In this document: piece by piece, positions 58,007 to 64,000 of the stretch
Layout: every line of letters starts with the position of its first letter
Numbering within the stretch: position 1 is the stretch's first letter
NCBI GenBank assembly: GCA_963851265.1
Contig: CAWKNZ010000001.1
Span: forward strand, 64,001 to 128,000
DNA length: 64,000 nt
Reading direction: 5' to 3'
Source of the DNA: an uncultured Gemmatimonadales bacterium
GTDB lineage: Bacteria > Gemmatimonadota > Gemmatimonadetes > Gemmatimonadales > Gemmatimonadaceae
The notes under the pieces: model-generated
The model's database searches: none
What the model saw: only the letters and a program-made list of their open reading frames with translations
What the model was told of the DNA's origin: nothing
Translations under genes and position numbers: made by a program

Positions 58007-60787
58007 TCAACGCGCGTACCGGGCGCGCACGGCGACCGTGCGCCGCAGCTCGTCGGCGCTCTGCAGCACCTTGAGCCGGAGGTCCGCGGGCAGCGCACCG
58101 GTGCTGCCCGGCCCGTGCGCGGCGAGGTACGCGTCGACCGCGGCCAGCGCCTCGGGGCGCGTCCCCGCCCCGACGAGCGCGTCGAGCCAGCCGCCGACGA
58201 AGAAGATCCGCCGGTTGCGCTGCAGCCAGGGGAGGGAGTCGAGCGCGGGCGCGACGTAGGGCAGCACCAGCGCGTCCTGCGCCGGCGCGGTGAACGCGCC
58301 GAGGCTCGCGCTCGCCCACTCCTCGTTGAGCGAGGCGTCGGCGAAGTAGCGTCGGAAGTACTCGGCCTTGGTCGCCGCGTCCGGGCGTGCGGCGCCGGCC
58401 ACGAACGCGCGCCGCCGGCCGTCGCTCGTCGGGTCGCGGAGCGCCTCGGCGGCGAGCCGACGCTCCGCCGTGGGCGCGCCCCGGGCGACGAGCGTGGTCA
58501 CGATCGCCCACCGCGTGGGCGGGCGGAGCGGCGCGCCGGCCGCCGCGGCCGAGTCGAGCCGCGCGTCGAGCCGGTCGAGTGTGTGGTACGGGTCGGCCGC
58601 GACGGGCACCGCGGCCACCGCGACCAGCGCGTCGAGGTGCAGCTTGCGGATGCCGTACGGACGCGCGGTGTCGTCGGCCGCGCGCTCGAGCGCCTGGGCG
58701 ACGCCGGGGAGGAGCGCCTCGCCCTGCGCGGGGCCGAGCCAGCGCGTGCTCGCGCGCGTGACGCGGGCGAGCACGAACGCGGCGATCTGCTCGTCGTGCT
58801 CGCGCGGTAGGGCGGCGAGGGCCACCTCGAGGAAGCGCGCCGGGGCGTAGCGCCCCTCGCGCGCGAGGTCCCACAGCGCGCCCCAGAGCTGCGCGCGCAG
58901 CAGCGCGTCGGCCGCCACGGCGCCGTCGGCGGCGACGAGGTGCCGCTCCGCCCAGCGCACGCTCGGCGTGTCGAGCAGGGGCAGCGCGTACGCGTAGTCG
59001 CCCGCGTTGGGGAAGAGCAGCGCGGCCGCCGTGTCGGGCGACGCGTTAGGCGCCGCGGGCGCGGCGGGCAGCGCGACCGTCGCCGCCCGCGCGTCGAGCG
59101 CGACCGGCACGCGCGCCGGCGGCGCGCCGTCGCGCACGGCGAGCAGCTCGGCGCGGATCGGCCACGGCGCCGCGCCCGACACCGCGGGCTGCGCGGGGCG
59201 CTGCGTCACGCGCACCGCCTCCGGGGCGCCCGCGGGGCCGCCCCGCGTCGCCTCGGCGCGCGTCGCCTCGACGCGCGTCGCCTCGACCACCGGGATGCCC
59301 GGGCGCAGGATGTAGGCGTCGCCGAACGGGCCGAGGTCGCGCCCGGCCGCGCGCCCGACGGCGGCGAGCAGGTCGCGCCACGTCGCGTTGCCGAACGCGT
59401 GCGCGGCGAGGTAGGCGCGCAGCCCGCCGCGGAACGCGCGCGGGCCGACCACCGCCTCGAGCTGGCGCAGCACCGCGGGCGCCTTGTTGTAGACGATCGC
59501 GCCGTAGTTGCTCTTGGCCCGGTCGAGGTTGTCGAGCGGCTGGTAGACGGGCGTCGTGCCTAACGACGCGTCGACGGCCGCGGCGGGCGGGGCGTTGCGC
59601 AGGTAGAACGTCTTCCACGCGCCGCCGGCGGGGTCGAGGTCGTCCTGCACCTTGGCCGCCATGTACGTGGCGAAGCCCTCCTTGAGCCACAGGTCGTCGA
59701 ACCAGCGCATCGTGACCAGGTCGCCGAACCACTGGTGCGCGACCTCGTGGTACACCGTCGCGGTGCGCGCGAGGCGCTGCGGCGCGGTCGGCCGCTCGCG
59801 GTAGACGAAGCCGTCCTCGTTGTAGAACACCGCGCCCGGGTGCTCCATCCCGCCGAACGGGAAGGCGGGCGCGAGCACGACGTCGAACTTGCCGAACGCG
59901 TACGGCCGCCCGAAGTAGTCGCCCAGCCACGCGAGCGCGCGCCCGTTGGCGTCGAGGATCGAGTCCGCCTCGACCTCCGCCGCGCGCGAGCGGCGCACGT
60001 AGAGCGTCATCGCGCGGCCCGACGCCGTCCGCGTGATCCCCCGCCACGGGCCGGCCGCGAACGCGACGAGGTAGGTGCTGATCGGCGCCGTCTCCGCGAA
60101 GCGGAACGTGCGCACGCCGCCCGCGGGCGGCGCGGCGCCTAACCGGCCGCCCGGTGCGGAGTCGACCGCGGCGCCGTTGGCGACCGCCGTCCACCCCGCG
60201 GGCACGGTGAGCGCGAGCGACACGCGCGCCTTGAGGTCCGGCTGGTCGAAGCACGGGAAGAGCGCGTGCGCGTCGGACGGCACGAGCAGCGTGTAGAGGT
60301 AGTCGGCGCCGTCGGCCGCGTCGTGGTAGCGGATCACGCTCGCGCCGGACGGGGCGACCGCCGCCGCCGCGGAGAACGCGACCACGTTCTCGCCGGGGCG
60401 GAGCGCCGCGGCCGGGATCCGCACGTGCCCGCGCGCCCACACGTATCCGGTCCCGGGCGCGCCGCCCGCCGCGAGCGGGCGCCCGTTGGCCGCGACGTCC
60501 GTTAGGCGCAGGCCGCGGAAGTCGAGCACCGCGTCGCCGCCGCCCGCGCGGCGGAAGCGCACCGCGACGCGCACCGCCGCGGTGTCGCGCCCGGCGACGT
60601 CGACGTCGATCGCGTAGCGCACGTCGCGCACGCGGGCGGCGCGCCACTCGGCGAGCGCGCGCGAGACGCCGGGCGTGTCGGCGCCCGGGATGGTGCGCTG
60701 CGACACCGCAGCATGCGACACGCCGTTGCTGGCAGTCGGGGCGTGCGCTATTGCGCGCGTGCCCGCGGCCGGTGACAAAACGATCAT
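58007..60787 (-). CDS. pepN: M1 family aminopeptidase
   Basis: FPCFDQPDLKA, GGMEHPG, HEVAHQWFG...WLKEG, YNKA; start uncertain. Confidence 0.92.
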   Translation of the reverse strand: MIVLSPAAGTRAIAHAPTASNGVSHAAVSQRTIPGADTPGVSRALAEWRAARVRDVRYAIDVDVAGRDTAAVRVAVRFRRAGGGDAVLDFRGLRLTDVAANGRPLAAGGAPGTGYVWARGHVRIPAAALRPGENVVAFSAAAAVAPSGASVIRYHDAADGADYLYTLLVPSDAHALFPCFDQPDLKARVSLALTVPAGWTAVANGAAVDSAPGGRLGAAPPAGGVRTFRFAETAPISTYLVAFAAGPWRGITRTASGRAMTLYVRRSRAAEVEADSILDANGRALAWLGDYFGRPYAFGKFDVVLAPAFPFGGMEHPGAVFYNEDGFVYRERPTAPQRLARTATVYHEVAHQWFGDLVTMRWFDDLWLKEGFATYMAAKVQDDLDPAGGAWKTFYLRNAPPAAAVDASLGTTPVYQPLDNLDRAKSNYGAIVYNKAPAVLRQLEAVVGPRAFRGGLRAYLAAHAFGNATWRDLLAAVGRAAGRDLGPFGDAYILRPGIPVVEATRVEATRAEATRGGPAGAPEAVRVTQRPAQPAVSGAAPWPIRAELLAVRDGAPPARVPVALDARAATVALPAAPAAPNASPDTAAALLFPNAGDYAYALPLLDTPSVRWAERHLVAADGAVAADALLRAQLWGALWDLAREGRYAPARFLEVALAALPREHDEQIAAFVLARVTRASTRWLGPAQGEALLPGVAQALERAADDTARPYGIRKLHLDALVAVAAVPVAADPYHTLDRLDARLDSAAAAGAPLRPPTRWAIVTTLVARGAPTAERRLAAEALRDPTSDGRRRAFVAGAARPDAATKAEYFRRYFADASLNEEWASASLGAFTAPAQDALVLPYVAPALDSLPWLQRNRRIFFVGGWLDALVGAGTRPEALAAVDAYLAAHGPGSTGALPADLRLKVLQSADELRRTVAVRARYAR

Positions 60788-60823
60788 ACGAGAGGGCTCG
60801 ACGAAACGATTGCGCGGAAACAG

Positions 60824-63406
60824 GTGACGGCGGTGCGCCGACCCATCATGTTACGCCGTTCCTGCAGCCCGCCGCCGCCCGACTTCGTGCCGACGCCGTC
60901 CGCGACTCCGACCGATCTCGCGTTTACCAGTCCGGTAGTGCTTCGCACCCCCGCCAGCGCGTGGGTGCTCGACGCCCTGGACGAAGCGCTGTTTCTCGTC
61001 GACGCCGCGGGGCAGGTCACGTGGTGTAGCGCGCGCGCCCAGGAAATGCTCGCGGCGCCGCGCGACGAACTCACCGGCCGCCCGGTGCGCGACGCGGTCC
61101 CCGGCCTTCCCGCGCTCGACGCGCCGCCCGCGCGCCCGGTGACGTGGCGCGCACTCCGCCTCACGCGCCACGACGGCACCGCGCTCTGGGCCGACGTCAC
61201 CGCCGCCGCCCGCCGCCCGCTCGTCGCCGCAGCGGTCGACGGGCCGGGCCTCGCGCACGCGCGCGCCCACGCCGACGCCCACGGCGACGCCACCGGGTAC
61301 GGCAGCGACTATGTGACCGCGTACGCCGTGGCCGACGTCACCCCGCGCGTCACCGCCGAGGCGGCGCGCCGGCGCGCGGAGGATCGCTTCGGCACGCTCG
61401 TCGAGCAGGCGGTCGAGGGCATCTACGTCGTGCAGGACGACCGGTTCGTCTACGTGAACGCGCAGCTCGCCGCGCTCACCGGCTACTCGGTCGACGAACT
61501 CCTCGCGCTGCCCTCGGTGGGCGTGCTGCTCGCGCGCGGCGCGTACGCGCGCGCGGCCGCGACGCTCGCCCCCGAACAGGCGCGCGAGCGCAAGCGCGAG
61601 CGCGCCGACGACCGCCGCCGCTCCGACGCGCTGCTGCTCTGGAGCGCGGGGCGCCTGCCGCCCTTCGAACTGCGGCGCAAGGACGGCACGCGCCGCGAGG
61701 TCGAGCTGCGCGGGCGCGTAGCCGAGTACGGCGGCCGCCCCGCGGCGATCGGCACCGCGGTGGACGTCACCGAGCGCCGCCGCACCGAGGCCGCGCTCCG
61801 CCGCCAGGCGCTCATCGTCGACGTGCTGCACGACGCGGTGGTCGTGCTCGACCCCGACTTCCGCGTGCTCGACTGGAACCGCGGCGCGGAGCGCATGTAC
61901 GGCCACGCGCGCGCGCAGGCGGTGGGGCGCGACGCGCACTTCATGCACCCGGCCGTGCCGGCCGACGACGCCGCGGGCGCCGACGCGCAGGGCGCCGCGC
62001 AGCGCGCCGCCCTCGCGCGCGACGGCCGGTGGACGGGCGAGCTGCCCTTCGTGACGCGCGCGGGCACCGAGGGCGTCGCCGACGTCACCCTCGTCGCCAA
62101 CCGCGCGGCCGACGGCACCCTCCTCGGCTACATCGAGGTCAGCCGCGACGTGACGGCCCGCCGCCGCGCCGAGGCCGCGCTCGCCGCGCGCGAGGTGGAG
62201 CTGCGCCAGGCGCAGAAGATGGAGGCCGTCGGCCGCCTCGCCGGCGGCATCGCGCACGACTTCAACAACCTGCTCGCCGCCATCTCGAGCTACGCCGAGC
62301 TGCTGCTCGACGCGCTCCCCGAAGATCCCGAGGCCGCCGCCCCGGGCGCGCTCGCCGCCGTGGTCGCCGACGCGCGCGAGGACGTGCGCGAGATCCGCCG
62401 CGCGGCCGAGCGCGGGGCCACCCTCACGCGCCAGCTGCTCGCCTTCGGACGCGGGCAGCTGCTGCAGACGCGCGAGATCGACCTGAACGTGGTCGTCGGC
62501 GACCTCGGTCGCATGCTGGGCCGCGTGTTGGGGGCCGAGGTCGAGCTGCGGCTGGACCTCGCGGCCGACGCCGCGCCGGTGCTCGCCGACCCGGGGCAGC
62601 TGGAGCAGGTGCTGCTCAACCTCGCCGTGAACGCGCGCGACGCGATGCCCGGCGGCGGCGTGCTCTCGATCGGCACCCGCCACGTGGCCGTCCCCGCCGC
62701 GGGTGCGGGCGACCTGTCCCCCGGGCGGTACGTCGCGGTCGACGTGCGCGACACGGGCGTCGGCATGGACGCCGCCACGCGCGCGCGGATCTTCGAGCCG
62801 TTCTTCACGACCAAGCCCGCCGGGCAGGGCACGGGGCTCGGGCTGGCGATGGTCTACGGCATCGTCGCGCAGACGGGCGGGCGCGTGACGGTCGACAGCG
62901 CGCCGGGGAGGGGCACCACCTTCACCGTCTACCTCCCCGCACTCGCGGCGGCCGCACCGGCCGCACCCGAGCCCGCCCGCGAGTCGGCCGCGGCGCCGCG
63001 CGCGCCCGACGGCGCGGGCACGACGGTGCTCGTCGTCGACGACGAATCGGCGGTGCGCGGCGCCGCGGCGCGGGTGCTCGCCCGCCGCGGCTACACGGTG
63101 CTCGAGGCGCGCGACGGCGTCGAGGCGTTAGGCGTCGCCGAGCGCTTCGCGGGCCCGGTGCACCTGCTCCTGAGCGACGTGCGCATGCCCGGCATGGACG
63201 GGCGCGAACTCGCCCGCCGCTTCCGCGTGGCGCGCCCCGAAGCGCGCGTGCTGCTGATGACCGGCTACCCGGGGTCGGAGTCGCCCAACCCCGACGGCGA
63301 CGCGGACTCCGCGACCGACCTCGACGCGCCCGCGCTCCAGAAGCCGTTCACCCTCGAGCTGCTGGCCGAGCGCGTGCGGGAAGTGACCGCGCGCGCCGAG
63401 CGGTAG
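60824..63406 (+). CDS. Cytoplasmic multi-PAS hybrid histidine kinase/receiver protein
   Basis: Three PAS-like segments; QKMEAVGRLAGGIAHDFNN, NARDAM, FTTK..GTGLGL; receiver VVDD, LSDVRMP, KPF. Confidence 0.93.
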   Translation: MTAVRRPIMLRRSCSPPPPDFVPTPSATPTDLAFTSPVVLRTPASAWVLDALDEALFLVDAAGQVTWCSARAQEMLAAPRDELTGRPVRDAVPGLPALDAPPARPVTWRALRLTRHDGTALWADVTAAARRPLVAAAVDGPGLAHARAHADAHGDATGYGSDYVTAYAVADVTPRVTAEAARRRAEDRFGTLVEQAVEGIYVVQDDRFVYVNAQLAALTGYSVDELLALPSVGVLLARGAYARAAATLAPEQARERKRERADDRRRSDALLLWSAGRLPPFELRRKDGTRREVELRGRVAEYGGRPAAIGTAVDVTERRRTEAALRRQALIVDVLHDAVVVLDPDFRVLDWNRGAERMYGHARAQAVGRDAHFMHPAVPADDAAGADAQGAAQRAALARDGRWTGELPFVTRAGTEGVADVTLVANRAADGTLLGYIEVSRDVTARRRAEAALAAREVELRQAQKMEAVGRLAGGIAHDFNNLLAAISSYAELLLDALPEDPEAAAPGALAAVVADAREDVREIRRAAERGATLTRQLLAFGRGQLLQTREIDLNVVVGDLGRMLGRVLGAEVELRLDLAADAAPVLADPGQLEQVLLNLAVNARDAMPGGGVLSIGTRHVAVPAAGAGDLSPGRYVAVDVRDTGVGMDAATRARIFEPFFTTKPAGQGTGLGLAMVYGIVAQTGGRVTVDSAPGRGTTFTVYLPALAAAAPAAPEPARESAAAPRAPDGAGTTVLVVDDESAVRGAAARVLARRGYTVLEARDGVEALGVAERFAGPVHLLLSDVRMPGMDGRELARRFRVARPEARVLLMTGYPGSESPNPDGDADSATDLDAPALQKPFTLELLAERVREVTARAER

Positions 63407-64000
63407 CGCCGAGCGGCGGCCGTCCCGGCCGCCGCGAGCCCGGTGCCCGCGACCACCCACGCGAGCCACGCGAGCCGCTCGGCGCCGGTGAGCTCGCGCG
63501 CGGTCTCCCAGAGCACTGCCGGGACGGTGAGCGCGAGCGCGGCCGCGCGTCCGGGCTGCGCGGTCGGTACCGCCACGCGCGCGCGCAGCACCGGCGTGAC
63601 GAGGTCGCGCCGGCCGTCGCGCAGCGCGCCGACCACCGCGCCGCCGAGCTGCGCGGGCGTCATCGCGCGCCAGCCGGGCACGCGCACGAGGTTCCACCCG
63701 GCGGTGGTCCGCCCCCAGCCGTGGTGGTTGGACGCGACCACCGGGACGAGGCCCAACACGGCCGCGCGCGCCGCGATCGCCGCGCCGTCGCGGTCGGTCT
63801 GCGCGTAGCCGCGCGGCGCGCCGTCGGCCACCTCGACGGCGCGCAGCGCGGCGGCCCCGTCGCGCGCGGCGGGCGTGAGCGCGTCGAACACGGGGTCGGG
63901 GATGGTCGCGATCGTCACCGGGCGGTCGCCGTCGGGCAGCGCGCCGTCGTGCTCCAGCCGTGGTAGCACCTCCTCCATGTGGTCGTTGGGGAGCAGTGCG
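63265..64000 (-). CDS. C-terminal part of a probable membrane-anchored PHP-like protein (starts beyond the window)
   Basis: AVEV, VASNHHGWG..WNL motif and a C-terminal TM helix; open frame overlaps the kinase 3' end. Confidence 0.45.
   Translation of the reverse strand, partial: ALLPNDHMEEVLPRLEHDGALPDGDRPVTIATIPDPVFDALTPAARDGAAALRAVEVADGAPRGYAQTDRDGAAIAARAAVLGLVPVVASNHHGWGRTTAGWNLVRVPGWRAMTPAQLGGAVVGALRDGRRDLVTPVLRARVAVPTAQPGRAAALALTVPAVLWETARELTGAERLAWLAWVVAGTGLAAAGTAAARRYRSARAVTSRTRSASSSRVNGFWSAGASRSVAESASPSGLGDSDPG

Noticed and set aside
884..63133. TTA codons as bldA-type translational control
   Set aside because: The enriched unit is the DNA motif: it also occurs in other frames, antisense and intergenic, and in core genes such as ispG and argH

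Overview
Very GC-rich (roughly 75% by eye) bacterial chromosomal segment. Gene content, signal-peptide style and leaderless promoters suggest Gemmatimonadota (inference). About 55 CDS. Housekeeping and metabolic content: XdhC/MocA/molybdo-oxidoreductase genes, ligase-associated exonuclease plus ATP-dependent DNA ligase, ispG, a cold-shock gene, argG/argH/argR, CtpA protease, and a cobalamin-riboswitch-controlled B12 uptake and salvage cluster (btuFCD, TonB receptor, beta-propeller lipoprotein, cbiB, cobD, cobO, two phosphatases, cobS, plus cobQ and cobU). Best candidate for an undescribed system, 13.3-20.9 kb: two colinear copies of a 215-nt cassette (sigma28/FliA-like promoter, conserved leader, 38-aa uORF) drive three paralogous lipoproteins that all end in an HFS(GY) ZU5/GAIN-type autoproteolysis motif. 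They flank a 1606-aa TPR/HD-GYP/GGDEF/STAND-ATPase/TPR protein, and each unit closes with a 29-33 bp perfect hairpin. Second signal, window-wide: the non-palindromic motif (C)GTTAGGC occurs at least 37 times, on both strands and in several reading frames. No rRNA, tRNA, CRISPR array or transposase was seen. All calls come from reading the sequence and ORF track; no searches were run.
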